NCBI GenBank assembly: GCA_965649765.1
Contig: OZ287751.1
Coordinates: forward strand, 101,990,001 to 102,054,000
DNA: 64,000 bases
Origin: Bispira polyomma
Taxonomy: Eukaryota
Direction of reading: 5' to 3'
This document shows positions 12,801 through 27,800 of the stretch, in pieces (the stretch's first letter is position 1; the number at the start of each line of letters is the position of its first letter). A program made the translations under genes and the position numbers. The notes under the pieces are model-generated. The model was not told where the DNA came from, searched no databases, and saw nothing but the letters and a program-made list of their open reading frames with translations.

Positions 12801-15800
12801 ATCATTATTGAAATCCAATTTGCATTGGTTTTTTTTTTACTAAAGTGTGGTTGTGTACATGTATTGGAGGTGGTCTTTGTGGCCGAGTGGTTTGAGTGAC
12901 TTTGGTTCTGAGGGTCCCAAGTTCGATCCTCGCTGCTGACCTGGGATCGTATTCACAAAGATTCTTAAAGTGAAATTCTAAGAATTTACTTAGACATAGC
13001 CAATCAGATTCTTTAAAAGAATATTTTCAGCCAATGAAATGGTCAAGATAAAATTTTCAAGAATAAGAATCTTTGTGAATATCAGGCTGGTGATTGTACA
13101 TTTGGCAAGTATTGTACACAAAGTTGTCCCTCTCCACCCAGGTGTCCAAAATAGGTTGACTTTTTATTTGTTAACATGATATCGGCACCCTTCAGTTTGG
13201 CCGGGTAAATTACATCCAACCAATCCATGAAGGCCTTACATATTATTTCCAACATGGCAGTGCTTTCTAGCATGGCTGAGCCCTTTTTAAAGTGAAAACA
13301 ATAACAGACATAGCATGATAAAACTTAACCTTGTAAAGAATTGACTGAACTACCATGTACTACTGTATGTACACACATCACCTACACAGTAATGGGCATT
13401 AGGACAAGACATTAAGGCATGAACTTATGTGTCACCCCTTTTTATATAGAGAAATCTATACTGAGTGTCCTAACAACGCTTCATAACATATTTTAACTAT
13501 GGCCTTTTAGAATGAAATCAATCATAAAAAGAGATCTGGTCTGCTGATGGGGAGATCCTAGGTTTGAACATCCAATACATGCCATAACAGTCGTTTGGTG
13601 AGAACATTCTTATGGCATTTTGTAAACACGCCATTGTGTCAAAATGACAAACCAATTGTTGTATTAATGCCTTCTTAATGAACAAGCAGTTCATAGAGTT
13701 GGATGCCACCAGGTTAAGGCCTCTACATCAAGACTTTAAAATAAATACAAACCAAGACACTGGGTGGTGACTATAAAGGTGAGTTAGAGTATATACTTTA
13801 ATTAATCGGGAGGACATTTTAATTAAACTAAATTATATTCATATTATACAAGAGTGCACCTTAATATGTTCATATCAAGAGGTAAGTCTGAGTTAATTGT
13901 TGTACAATGGCATGCTATTTATTTCTTTAAGTACATTCCTGTGACACTGTCATTCTCTTTAGAGACCTTAACAAGGCCTTTGACATGTGTGTGTGTGTGA
14001 CAGAGTAGAACATCTCTCCAGTGGGCCCCTTTAGCTCTGCACGCAAAACGTTGTATTTGTCCCTGCAAGGTGTCATTAATTCAATGTGTGGTTAATACAC
14101 CTTGTGCCAATAACAGATAAGACAACAAGAGACAGGCTGTATGTGTGTGTCTATGTGTGTATGTCTTTGAGGGTTGATATGGTGATATGACACAGTCACA
14201 GCAATAACTATGCTATAAGAGAGGAATCTAATGATGTGTGCAGGTCTGTCTGTTGCTGTCTGTGTGTGTGTGTGTGTGTGATGGGGTCTCACAAAGTCAC
14301 TGCCATAACGAGGTTTCTAAGTGTCGATCTAACGCTGATGATCTCTGTTATTCTCTAGATGTGGTGTGTGTCTGTGTATGACATGTGTGACATCTGGCAT
14401 ATTGAACCAGTACATCAATGGGTCTCTATTGTGTGACGAACTCAAGTCATACTGAATGTTTACAAGTGATGCCTACAGGGTTATATCACTTCATACACCA
14501 ACTTGTCATAGTATTAATACATAGTACACCATGCCTGACTTGATGGACGCCTATGAGAGAAAATACTTACAGTTTTGAGGGTATAGTAATAAACAAAGCC
14601 AATGGCTGTGTGATAGTTTATATGGAATCAATTTGTTCAGATACAACCAGTCTATTTTATATGACTGCAAACCCTTGTTGATATGAACATTCAAAAGGAT
14701 GTAGAAACGTGCCATCCATGAACATCTTATGCTAAATCTGTTTTGATGACATATTTACTTTGAATCTGTTTCTTAGAAACCTTTTACCACAAATCTGTAA
14801 CCATAAACCGGTTACTACGAATCTGTCACTACGAATGTGTCACTATGAACCTGTTCCTATGAATCTGTCACTATGAACCTGTTCCTATGAATCTGTCACT
14901 ATGAACCTGTTACTTCGAACCTGTCACTATACATTTGTTACTATGGACCAATTCATTTGAATATGTTTCTTTGAACTTGTGAGAGTCTGCCTCGATAAAA
15001 CCTAAGCTATTGAAATTGGTTGAAACCATCCTATTAATCTCTCAATCTGGCACTACGAAAGTATCTCCACTTCATCGGTTTGGATTTTGTCACTATGCAA
15101 TTGCTGCTATACTTAAAATTCGACCCAACCGAGTTCTTAACAACTTCACTTCCTTGTACTTATTTACCCCAACATCCCTTAAATAACAGCAAAAGCTAAA
15201 ACACCAGAGAATTCCTTATGATAAGTTCAATCCTCAGTATGTCAGACATCTAAGTGGCCTTCATCAGTTGAGATTATTAACTGTAGCCAAAGTTACACAA
15301 CCAGTCAGCACGTCTCAACTACTTCTTACCTCCAGTGGCCTAGGGGCAGAGGCTTAGAATTACAGCATCTTGACAGGATTATCTCTTGCTGAAAGGTCAC
15401 CAATCACAATGGTTTGTCAGTCTGTAAGTGGGGAATAACCCCCTCCCCCTTAGGGCCCAGTCACAGGCATTGCAAACCAGAGTCAGTATCCCCCCCTCCC
15501 CCTTAGTGCCGTTAAAAGTCATTACACAAACAAAGACTTAAAGTCCAACCACACAAGTTTGGAAATTTTTTAAGCTGAGATTTTTTTATCTGTTATAGGT
15601 TCCTTGCATATACTAAGCAGTAAAAGAAATAACACTATATTTCTTAAAACTGTAAATCTTTGTTATAGTTGGGGCAAAACTGTAAACTATCATATCTTCC
15701 CCTAAAGCTAATAGTACTCAGAGCTTCCAGCAATGTTTTGGCTTTTGCAAAATTTGCTGCAATTGGATACAAACACGCCTGTTGAGTTATTTTTGGTATC

Positions 15801-18800
15801 AAGTCATAAATAACTACACAAATAGTTTCTACATTGAAATAACTTTCCAATCCGATCAGTGGGTTTATTAGTGTTTAAACCCCTCAGTGTCTATAAAGAC
15901 TCTTTGATAAAATGCTACACTATAGTGAGATGGATTAATCCCCCTGGATATCTCTCTGGATCTGCTGATTGCTCTCTTTAGACATGTGATAAATACCAAG
16001 ATCTGCCAGTCATCTCAGCACCCCCCCCCCTCCCCCCATATTCCCCCTGGGAGATCTTCATGTTAAACTCACCAGGCCAACTGAGCTGCATGATGAGACC
16101 ATTACAGGTGTCTGTATAATTGTTTCTATGTCCACCTGTGTGGTTATATACATGCATCTTGTGTAGTTTCTGTGTCTGGCTTTGTATTGCTATAAATATG
16201 TCATATATATTGGTCTTAGCGTCATCTGGCCTTTTTGCAGGTAGTAGTATATAAAGGTTATAAATGTTACAAGTACTTGGAGTGTTTCCTCTGTCACTGT
16301 GGTCTAGTTGGTAACACACTCGCTTCAGAAGACCTGGGTTTGATCCCACTCTGGGACTTTTACGTACTGACTGAACCATATGTAGCTCAGATGACAATTA
16401 CCAATGACGGTCCTCTACCATAGGGTCTTATCCACAGTTGCTGGTTAAAGAGCCTTGGGAACATTAATAAATGTTTATCCCTCAAGCTTGTAGCTTTTAT
16501 TAGGATTATAAATGTTAGTTTGCTATATTTGTAAAGTCCCCTAAAGCTCTATTAGCAACTTGACTCACAGACAATCACCAGTTTCATTAAATGACTGCTT
16601 AACACAGGAAAACAGGTATTATATATACAGGTATATATATACTTCAAATAGTTTTGACATCCTACTTTATTATAGTTACTGTTTATGTGACGTATATGGC
16701 TGAATGTTAGTGTCTCACACCCACCCACCCACACATACACACATCCAATCAGACACACACACCATATATAAACCAGATATGTGTGAGTGGTTGCCATGAC
16801 CACAAACCATCCACTCCTCCCCCCCAAAAAACCCACCTTTCTTCCCGCTTCATTATTGTGTAGATTCATCAGGATCCTGGAGAGGTCTCTGGAGTACCTA
16901 GGATGGTTTCGCTCCTTCTCCCGGATATCCACAAATGCTTGGGCAAACTTATATCCGTAATCTGTGTCGTCCCCACAACCGCCCCACACCCAATCCCTGT
17001 CCAAGTTTTTGGGTCTTCTCTTCTTGCTGCACCCACAACTTGAGAGTTCCCCACTACGACAGGCTCGGGAGATCGCGTACACCACACCTGCCGCAGAGAT
17101 GGCATTCACAAAGGAAGTCTCTCTGCTTCCTAAAAAGGAAATATAGCAAATAATAAATATCACTTTTTAAACTAACGAATATAAGGGCCAAATTGATAAA
17201 GAAACATTCTCCAAAGCACTGATTTTCTAAGAAAGGTATAGTACCACAGTAGAGGGTAGGCAAGCCTTAAAAGGTAAGATTTTAATTGGTTTAAAAACAA
17301 TTCTTAAACTAGTTACATTAATTTGATTGTTATGTTCCTTAATGCCTAAATGCTCTGCGACAGCTCTTTTGAGTGCAGCAAACATCTTTATTTGGAAGCC
17401 AATTCAGGTTTTTTTCCAGGTTCAAGACAAACTGTATGAAGATACCAAATTCTCCAAAGACCACCTGAAGGCACTCATTTTGGTATGATTTTAAATGCAA
17501 TTAATGTATACATATTATTTCTTGTATTTGTTATTCATTTTCTTAAATATACATTTGATACACATGATGACATTGGTCATTTAAAATTAACGTAAAAGAA
17601 ACAGAAAATCAGTCAAATTGATTTGTAATTGGCTCTGAAATGGCCACATGTGATCTGAAAACAGCCATAGCTGTGAAATGGTTTGACCGCATGAACCGAT
17701 GAGATATCTACACACATTGTACTCTACAGACGGCTACAAGACACCATCTTGAAACAGGTAGAACTGTGAAATGGCCCCTTTAAGTCCTAAGTTCTCTATT
17801 ATAAAACAGTAGCTTTTCTACATTGTGTTAATTGTGGCAAAATCTTGTCTTCTATTTGCTCTAATTCATCAGATAGTCAATGCTGTCTAAAGCTTAAAGC
17901 CAGGATCTGCAGTCATCAAAAATATCATAAACTTATTCTCTTACTTAAACTCAAAACACTACATACAAATATTTCCTAATTACTGGGAATAACCGATACA
18001 TGTGACCATTCATTTGAATGGGAATAACCGAGACATGTAACCATTCGTTTTAATAGAGCTTTCAGTGGGGAACTCAAATATGTAATCAAATATGTAATCA
18101 GGATAAATTTTCAACTTGGTGTAAGTTTAAGTTTTACTACATTTTTGGTCAATGCAGCCCAATGTGTCAATATGTACACAAGAGAAGATCTATGAATTTT
18201 CAATTAACTCTTGTCAATAAACCATAAGAAATCAACCCTACTTCAATCTAGAGCTTCAATGGAGTTGGAATCTTTTGAACAAAGGGATTAAAGTGATCAG
18301 GTTTGGAGAGGTTTCAGAGGCCACTTCCTGTTTGGGTTTGATATGTCTACTGTTTTAATAAATGTCACAAATAATGGCCAGGTGTGAGAGCTGGTTGTCA
18401 TACCATTAACTCAAACACAATGTCCTAACCACTTGAGGACTAGTAAATGTTTGCTTTAGTTACCAGTCTGGATTAGTAGAATAGTCTAAATCAAACAATC
18501 GAGTATTCAGTGCATCAGACAGAAGTGACAGATGACTTTGTTCACATAGGTATTAACACCATCATTAGAAAGATAGATATGTTACAGTCAATCTGGGAAA
18601 TCTGTCATTAAGTGGAATGCCTACAATGTTCAGTTATTTTGTATAGAAACGTCCAATAACAATATTGTGAAGGCCTTGTGCAATAATTTTTATTTGAAAA
18701 GTGGCACAATAAGTAAATCCTGGCAAAAAGCCTTNNNNNNNNNNNNNNNNNNNNNNNNNNNNNNNNNNNNNNNNNNNNNNNNNNNNNNNNNNNNNNNNNN

Positions 18801-21800
18801 NNNNNNNNNNNNNNNNNNNNNNNNNNNNNNNNNNNNNNNNNNNNNNNNNNNNNNNNNNNNNNNNNNNNNNNNNNNNNNNNNNNNNNNNNNNNNNNNNNNN
18901 NNNNNNNNNNNNNNNNNNNNNNNNNNNNNNNNNCGACCATGGTGTTTTAAACTCCCCATCAACTCAGTCACAGAGTGATTTACCGACAATCTGCATCGCT
19001 TCAGAATTATGCTGAGATCTCAATTCGAATTGCCAAAGTGGGACTGAGGCTTTAGTAGTAATAACGGAAACACTTCCATAATCACATAATGTTGTTTGAC
19101 TCCAGGGTGGTGATTAGTTGTAAACAGATCCAGATTGTATGGAGCAGGGGACCACCTCATCCATACTGACACTATCCCTACCCCCGGGGCCCAAGGATTG
19201 GCCTCTGTGGGGGTCTAGCTTGCCTGAAACTCCCCTGGGGTAGAGTTCTAGGAGAGTTAATGAAGGGGTGGGGTTTAGTACTAGGACCTTCCTGGTACAA
19301 AGGTGGGAGGTGTCTTCTGGGTGGATTGGTTTAATCTGGGATCAGTGAATTTCTGTAGAAGTACAAATAGTTGTTTTAGCTAAATCAGCTGGCATAGTTA
19401 AAATTCATTCTTAGTAAATGTTTTATAACTTGTATTGGTATTTTGATCCAATGAACCCTCTAAAACATTTCCAATTTGGGGATGAGGGATTTGAAAGAAC
19501 AGAGAGATTAGGTGATTGACTGTGCTTGGGGGTAGGAACAAAAACTGAAATGTAAATAAAAAGCATCCGTAAGTCAGTAATAAGTATGTTTAGTATGAAT
19601 GTCATATGAAGTGTGAACTAATCACTGCAAGTGTTTTACAGTACAGTACAAAACTTCAGCTCGTTTATTTTCCAATACATGTAGTGACTGCGTGGCCCTA
19701 GCTGATAATCTGCAGTTTGTGTGTACAGCTTATTTGAATGATGAATAGGAAGCTCAAGTTTCCATAATGTATTTATACATGAGAATTAGAAATGGTCACA
19801 TACATAAACAGAAAGTATTGTTTGGTTTTTCTGCAAAAACCCACCAGAAAACTCGGTGTAACTTGTGTATAACACAGTACATGTGATTTGGTGTTGCCTT
19901 TTGAATCAGAAAATGGTGTGTGGGTGTTTAAGTAAATCTCGTTTGTTATAACACATCCTGGGAATTTCTTTTTGTCCATATTGTTGTGTATTAGAGGTGG
20001 AGCTGATAAACAGTTCAACAGTTTACAGATCAAACAATAAACCAACCCTTTATAGCTTCACTGGGGCATGGCTTAATTGTCTTATCACCTGGTTAGTGAA
20101 GTCAATTCACCAGAAAACAGCTGATTTCAATCCCTCCCCCTGGAGTTGTACACACTTATTTCTTTAGCTCCATTTCATGTCACAATAACTTAATGTTAAC
20201 ACAGATACACACCATAAAAACATCAACAACACTGTCTTACATTTATATCCTCACACCTTTCTAGCTCAACTTTAGCAGTTTTAAAATGTCCTACTGTCGA
20301 GTTAAGTTTTAGTCAGACCCCCCTAGCTCCCCCTACATCTCTAGATCCTTGTAATCCCAGCCTGTACTTGTTAGAGAACCATCAGCCACTCGAGTGGAAA
20401 ACCTGGACAGACAGGGGGAAGGGGGTTTGGGGGGAGGAGAATAGCCCGGGGGCTGGGGGGAATTATTAACACCTAAGTAAGTCCATTAGAACAAGTCAGT
20501 GCTTACCACAAACACTACAGCACATCTGGAGAGACGTCAAACTCAGCCCTGTATAGAGCTTAAATAGAATAGGTTAAACTAAAACTGGCCCTGTACATAG
20601 CATAAATACTGTATACATGTATATGTTATGTGGTGCCCTGTATACTGGATAAACCAAAGCGGGCCCTGTATGGATCTTGAATAGATCAGGGTTATCCGAA
20701 TCTAGGCCCTGTACACAGCCTAAATGGAACAGGATTGTTGAAAACTAGGCCGTGTACACAGCATTAATACTGGATATGATGTGGACATGATCAACTAAAG
20801 CTGGCCCTGTACAGAGCTTAAATAGAACAGGTTAAACTAAAACTGGCCCTGTACACAGCTTAAATAGAGCAGGTTAAAGTAAAACTGGCCCTGTACAGAG
20901 CTTAAATAGAACAGGTTAAACTAAAACTGGCCATGTAAAGAACTTAAATAGAACAGGTTAAACTAAAACTGGCCATGTAAAGAACTTAAATAGAACAGGT
21001 TAAACTAAAACTGGCCCTGTAAAGAGCATTAATACTGGATATGATGTGGACATGATCAACTAAAGCTGGCCCTGTACAGAGCTTAAATAGAACAGGGTAA
21101 ACTAAAACTGGCCCTGTAAGAGATTAAATAAAACAGGTTAAACTAAAACTGGCCCTGTAAAGAGATTAAATAAAACAGGTTAAACTAAAACTGGCCCTGT
21201 AAAGAGCTCAAATAGAATAGGTTAAACTAAAGCTGGCCCTGTTTAGAGCTTAAATAGAACAGGTTAAACTAAAACTGGCCCTGTACACAGCATAAATACT
21301 GTATGGTATGTGGAGCCCTGTACACAGGGTAAATTAGAACTGGTCCTGTACAGAGCTTAAATATAACAGGACTATTCAAATTTGGCTCTCTACACAGCTT
21401 AAACTAAACCTCAACCCTGTACAGAGCAAACAGAGCCCTGTAAATAGCTTAAACTAAAACTAGGCCTTGTAAATAGCTTAAACTAAAACCAGGCCTTGTA
21501 CACAGTTTAAACTAACACTGGTCCCTGTAAACGGCTTAAACTAACACTGGTCCCTGTACACGGCTCAGATTAACACTGGTCCCTGTACACAGCTTACACT
21601 AACACTGGTCCCTGTACATGGCTTAAACTAACACTGGTCCCTGTACACGGCTTAAACTAACACTGGTCCCTGTACATGGCTTAAACTAACACTGGTCCCT
21701 GTACATGGCTTAAACTAACATGGGTCCCTGTACACGGCTTAAACTAACACTGATCCCTGTACACGGCTTAAACTAATACTGGTCCCTGTACACGGCTTAC

Positions 21801-24800
21801 ACTAATACTGGTCCCTGTACCCGGCTTACACTAACACCGGTCCCTGTACATGGCTTAAACTAACACTGGTCCCTGTACACAGACTACCCTAACACTGGTC
21901 CCTGTACACAGCTTACCCTAACACTGGTCCCTGTACACGGCTTACACTAACACCGGTCCCTGTACACAGTTTAAATTAAGACTGGGCCATGTAAACACGG
22001 CTTAAACTAAAACTATGCCCTGCAAATAGCTTAAATTAAGACTGGGCCATGTAAACACAGCTTTAAATTAGGACTGGGCCATGTAAACATAGCTTTAACT
22101 AAAACTATGTCATGTACAAAGCTTCAACTAAAATAGATTAATGTCAAAAGATTGTAAAACAGACAGGCACTCAGTATAGTGCATACCTCCACTAGATGTC
22201 AATACTCTTCAGTAAAAGCAATTCTTGGATCTGCCCTTCTACTTATATCTGCTCCTAAAGTTAAGGAATTATCCGTGTATTGATACCCTTGTCATTCCAA
22301 CCAGTTTGTGTCAATCAGTTCAGTAGTGTTTTGTACAATTCTGGTGAGAAGCAGACATCGGGGTAACTATGTATGTAACTGAGGGCGGTGTACATTTCAG
22401 AACAGAAGTCATTTCGTGCACTAACATAACTAACTTCAATAGGAATGTTAGTGGCTCGCATTGTTTCTTTAATGTTTAACAGTTCTCGTGTTTACACAAC
22501 AATTGTCACCATTCCTTGTAAACATACCTACCACCCCACACCACCCACACCACCCACAGCCTGACTTCCCACGAAGGTATATTTAGGACAAACACACAAG
22601 GAAATATGACAATATGTAATTATGTTTAGATAATTTAATAAGTACAAAAACCTCCATTCATATATTAACTGTAAAAAGTCGTCTGCTGAGAGTTAATCTT
22701 CTGGATCTAATCCCTTGTTTTCCCTCGCTCTCTCTTTTCGCTCCTGGAGAGAAATTCCTTCGTTTTTTATTCCCGCATGGTGTCTATTTTTTCCCCTATT
22801 CCATGGATCCACTTTTATTATATAGCATTGATCCCCCTACTCCAGATTTCCGCTGTCCTGAACGGTCAAGTAGTGCCTCTCACTGCGATGGGATCAGTCC
22901 ATGTATCATTACACACACGGTTGGACTGTATTGACAGAGGAGACTTGTAACACATGGACAGAGTTTGCTTGCATTGAAGTCCCCACTTAGGATTTCCACC
23001 AGGAAGACTTTAAGTGAGCATTTGACACTGTTTACTCCACATGTTTAAAGATCTAGGCAGGCAAGATTGAGAAAATGTTGTGTCCATGTAAATTCTAAGC
23101 GATAAAACCGTTTTTTACTGCACAAATTGTATTTTCGAATAAAAGTTTTTTTTGATTATACACCGTACGTTGACTATATGTTGACCAAATAATCAAAATA
23201 GGAAATAGTCAATTAATTTATTCATCTACGACTGTCTTCAGTTGGGTATTAAAGTTCATAGGTATTACAATTGATGTCGTAAACTTTACTTAAAGAAATA
23301 CCAGCAATTATATGTCCATTGCTGACACAATTCACTCCCTTAAGACTACCTTAGTGTAATTATATATGTCCATTACTAACATATGATTCATTGTCGTCAG
23401 ACTACATTAATATATTAAGTATTCAAGATTGTCACCATACAATTGTCTATTCTTTTGATGTTTACTTTTAAAAACAACTTGATGCTAGTCTCCATCCTTA
23501 CTAATTGTCCTTAATCCTAACCTTAAGACTACAACACCATATACTCCCCTTAATCCCCTTATCGCCCCCATACAACTGGCACTGTATACAGTCCCTTTAT
23601 GGTTTTTGTCCTCTCTACCTGTAAAACCAGGCAAACATATATCTGGATCTGTTAATAACACACACCCAGACTTCGGTCAGCACTCTCTCTGGATTTATGT
23701 CCTACAATGCATTGTGTCTCTCCGGCATGGGGTCCTCCCAGCAAGCCACAGATCCCTATCCGGGAGAGCTCCCTCACTGAGACACACCAACCACTGGATC
23801 CAGGATTAAAGCCCGGATTAAAGCTCTCACACACATTTGGTTGGGCGTTTCTGGATATCTCTGGATTGTACCAAATATCTGCTCCCCCCCCCCCACTCTC
23901 CCCCCACCCCACTTTGTTTTTGTGATTTTTCAATCTGGATCTAAAAATGTGAAGTATGTCAGTAGATCCACCCCACTTACAGAAACATGTTGTATCTAGA
24001 CCTTATTTCAGCTTGAAAGATATTTTGGTCACCAAATTTAACAAGATTTTTTGATCAAAGAAATCAAGCTTTGGTGGAATTAATTTTTGGTAATTGCATA
24101 AGTTGTTTACCTGGGAGATGAAATACAAAATTTAAAACTGGAAATAGCAGGTTCCGAAATTAATTTTTACTGACCAAGCTCCTTACCTAGAATATATTAA
24201 AGCTTTTATTTCTTAATAAAATTTTCACCAATACAGTATTTAGGGCACCTTCCTTCACGTGGTCTAGTAGATAGATAAATAGATTCGTATTATACTCTAG
24301 CCTGGCAAAATATCAACACATAATTCTATTATTCTTTCATAATTTTAGTTCCCTCCTCATACACCCCAACATTCTTCCTTACGACCTTGCCATATTTTTG
24401 GACTTCACCGTTAGTTAAACGATTCTGTTGTTGCACTTTAGAAGATGCCTCGCATCAAAAATATGCGTTAAAATTTGAGAATACAATACAATTAATAAAA
24501 TGCTAGACCCAGCCAGCCACTTGTGGCTATAAGAGAGTTTACATGTACAAATAATGAACTTACAATATACTGGATCAGACTTCGGAGCATCTTTAGTCCT
24601 TTAGGCCTTTGCCTTAATATAATAGACATTCTCCCTGTATTATTACTATTACTATAGGAGAGTAAAGTGAATTTGACTTTAACAATCAATTTACCGGAAG
24701 ATACTTTTCACTTTAGAAATAAATAGTATTTGCTAGTTGACAATGTGTTGGTCATTTAGTTTGATGTCGTTATTATTGACTCTTTTTCTAAAACCAAAAA

Positions 24801-27800
24801 TTAGGCAATATATATTTTAGATCTTAGATATATTTTAGAATTTAGTAAATCTCTGTATTGGAGCAAAAAGTCTTATTTTATTAAGGACTTTTTCCCCAAT
24901 TCCATTCACAGTACAAACTACAAAAGGGCTTCTTACTTGAAGTGATTTCACTGGGTGTCCTAAGGTGGTTTTAGTGCCCCCCCCCCCCCCTCTCTTCTTC
25001 ACACTCCCATGTTTTCATACCCCTCCCCAATCCTGAAATCCACACTCAGAACTTACATGTAACTTTATACCTACTGTCTAAACTTTTTTGTTGGGTCTTT
25101 GAAAATAAAAACCGCCTTTTTTGGAGATTCAATAAAAACCCGTCATGTTTACAAATTGACTCTTTTTTTCAGCCGCAATTTAACAAACATACCACAAGAA
25201 TTTTAAGGTTTGATAAAAATCTTGTTGTTTTTTTCACAAAAGGAGCAAAACAGGCCTGTGTTTAACATTCAAAATGTCTCTCTGTCTGTGTATCATACTT
25301 ATTTCAATTTTTCAAAATAGATATATACATATTTTTAAACAGTAAAAAGTAAATAATACTGACAAAAAATGGCAGAAGAAATAAGTGAATCTTAGAAGGG
25401 TATTTATCTAGACAGGTTTCAATTTGACAAGGCAGGGTGTAATATATGAACAATTTGATCACTATTACATACATTTGATTTGGCATACTTTTAGAAACTA
25501 GCCTCGGGCCAACCGTATTAGTATCCATTAATAGCATCATATTACTTCATGTGAGCAGATTTAGCATTGTTTCCTATTATTGTGAAACCTTTTTTATGAC
25601 TTTTTTTATTGTTCATCATATTATGAATGGAGAAGCATGCACATTCCATGTGAAGCCAATCTTTGTGTTGTTTTTTTTAATTTATTTCGTTTGATGTAGT
25701 GATTTTAAATGGACGATAATAGCAGGACATACCCAAATTGAGCAGACGACATTTTGTGAATTATGACTGAAATCCTTAATATATTGTAATTTATGATATA
25801 ACTATGTCACAAAGTATAAGATTCCTCATTTTACATTAATTTATATGAAGACTCAGTACAAGAATTTCCACTTAGTAGTGCCATAAAACATTTTTAAAGC
25901 CATACTTTAATCTGCCATGATATGCTTCTTGTCCAATGTATGCCGTCATTCAGCTCTTTTAGATGTCGTAAAAGTCCAGACGTGTCGTTGGGTGGGAAGT
26001 AACTTATTAGCCTATATCTCTAGTAATCTTTATTGGTGGGGCAACTTTTGAACAAAGTTAAATGTCTCTCAGATATACCATAAAATAACACACACACACA
26101 AATTGTCCAGGAGTGAAGCTTACGTGTCTAATAAGGTCTTAGAAAGCAGTAACATCTTTAATGAGATATTTATGAATAGACTTCACACAATGGACTATCT
26201 GCAGAGATTGAAACGTCTGCCAGGTCTTAGATGCTGTAAATATCCCCCAAACTTGTCATTTGGTCAAATTGACATTGTAAAAAGCTCTCACAATTCACGA
26301 GGGCCCACATAGACAGGTGAATGGGTATTCCCCCTTTGGGACATACTAAAACACTCATTAAACCCACCCTCTCTAGAGACCTGTATTATAAGCTTATAGA
26401 GGTCAGATAGTTCATATCTTAATTCTGTGACTAGTACTCACCCCATAACACTGAGAGGTGAGTGACCATTGAGTAGCATCCCTAATTCTACACATGACAT
26501 ACAACATAAATGTCACACAGGGAGCTTTATGTCACTTCTAGAAAAGAAAAGAAAATCTCCCGCCATTAACGAAAATGTCGTCTGCTTTCTGTTTTTTTTA
26601 AAGAGTCTCTTGCCAGACAGGATATCAGATGTTTGAACAGGTAAACTGGTCATTACAATGGGAAGTAGGGAAGTGGGTATTGGCGCAGAAGCAAGAACTT
26701 TGTCTTGGATGGGACAGTGACAGGATTAAAGCCAACTTGACGTCAAAACCAACTATTCTCAACATTATCTCAAGTGAGAAAAAGTTTGCTAGGAATATAT
26801 ATACAAATCATGGACATGTATCCATGAGTTGTATTTTAAGAAATACGCACATATCTCTAGTATTACTGTACAGTTCTACAAAGTGTCATATAAACACGTA
26901 TACGAGTTTTTAAGGAGAGAAATGATTTGCTGTTTAACTAAGTGATGAGTAGTTTGGAGAAGGTTCAACCTGGCCCTAGGGTGGATAATACTGCAAGTCT
27001 TTACGATGGCTGCTTTAATATGAGCTGAAGTAGGAAATTTTTAGAGAATTTTCTGATAACTTAAACCCAAACAACCACACTTATAAACTAACATCAAGTT
27101 ATAGAATAAAAAATTGTATAATTAAATACCATTAAGTTGAAAAGATAGATTTTAAGCTTCTGCCTAAACCAGAAAGCGTTTCAAGTGATCCAAACTCAAC
27201 AGGGAGACTATTTTTTTTTTTGTGTTACTTGATGCACACGGATAGTGCTTCAACATCTGGCTATTTAACCAAAACGAGGTGACATGTGTGACGTCACGCA
27301 AGTTGTGTTTATGACGTCACGCATTCAAAGCTTTATCTTACATTTTACTGGCAACCTGAAAAATACTCTGGTTCTGGCATTATTTAGATCATTATTAGAT
27401 ATTCCTCTTAGTTTGACTTCCTAGAGTACCTAAGTCATTTGTGAACATTTTTAAAGGTTGGGGTGGTACACATTTCACTGATGCTATGCAGACGTTGGCG
27501 TAGTACTGGCCCTTCCTTTTTATATATACCATGTTTGCCCCGTTTTAAACCCCTGCTGTGACTTATGTGATATCTAGTTAGTGTAAATGAGTGGAGACTG
27601 CAACCCTTGCCATCTTTATGGTTCCCCTCCCCTAGTGGGGGTGGCTAGGTGGGGGGTATGTATGGGGTTGTAACCCATAATGTCCAAATATATCAAGCAT
27701 ATTAAGACTTCTTCCACCGTAATACAAACTTGTGGTACAATTATCTATGAAGGTCGTAAGTGATTTACGACAGAAGTAGTGATGGTGTTTATAGTCTTAT

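Noticed and set aside
12868-12943. tRNA genes here and at about 3950, 16300, 52671, 53990, 55644 and 57121
   Set aside because: Only A/B boxes are retained, with no full cloverleaf, and several have SINE bodies, tails or TSDs.
16552-16836. ORF extension beyond NNEAGRK as an alternative C-terminus
   Set aside because: This is low-complexity intron read-through after a valid donor, and it lacks the Wnt cysteine pattern.
18608-18989. ORFs spanning N-runs (also 28.8-29.4 kb and 59.0-59.5 kb)
   Set aside because: They are open only because of X codons and CA repeats.
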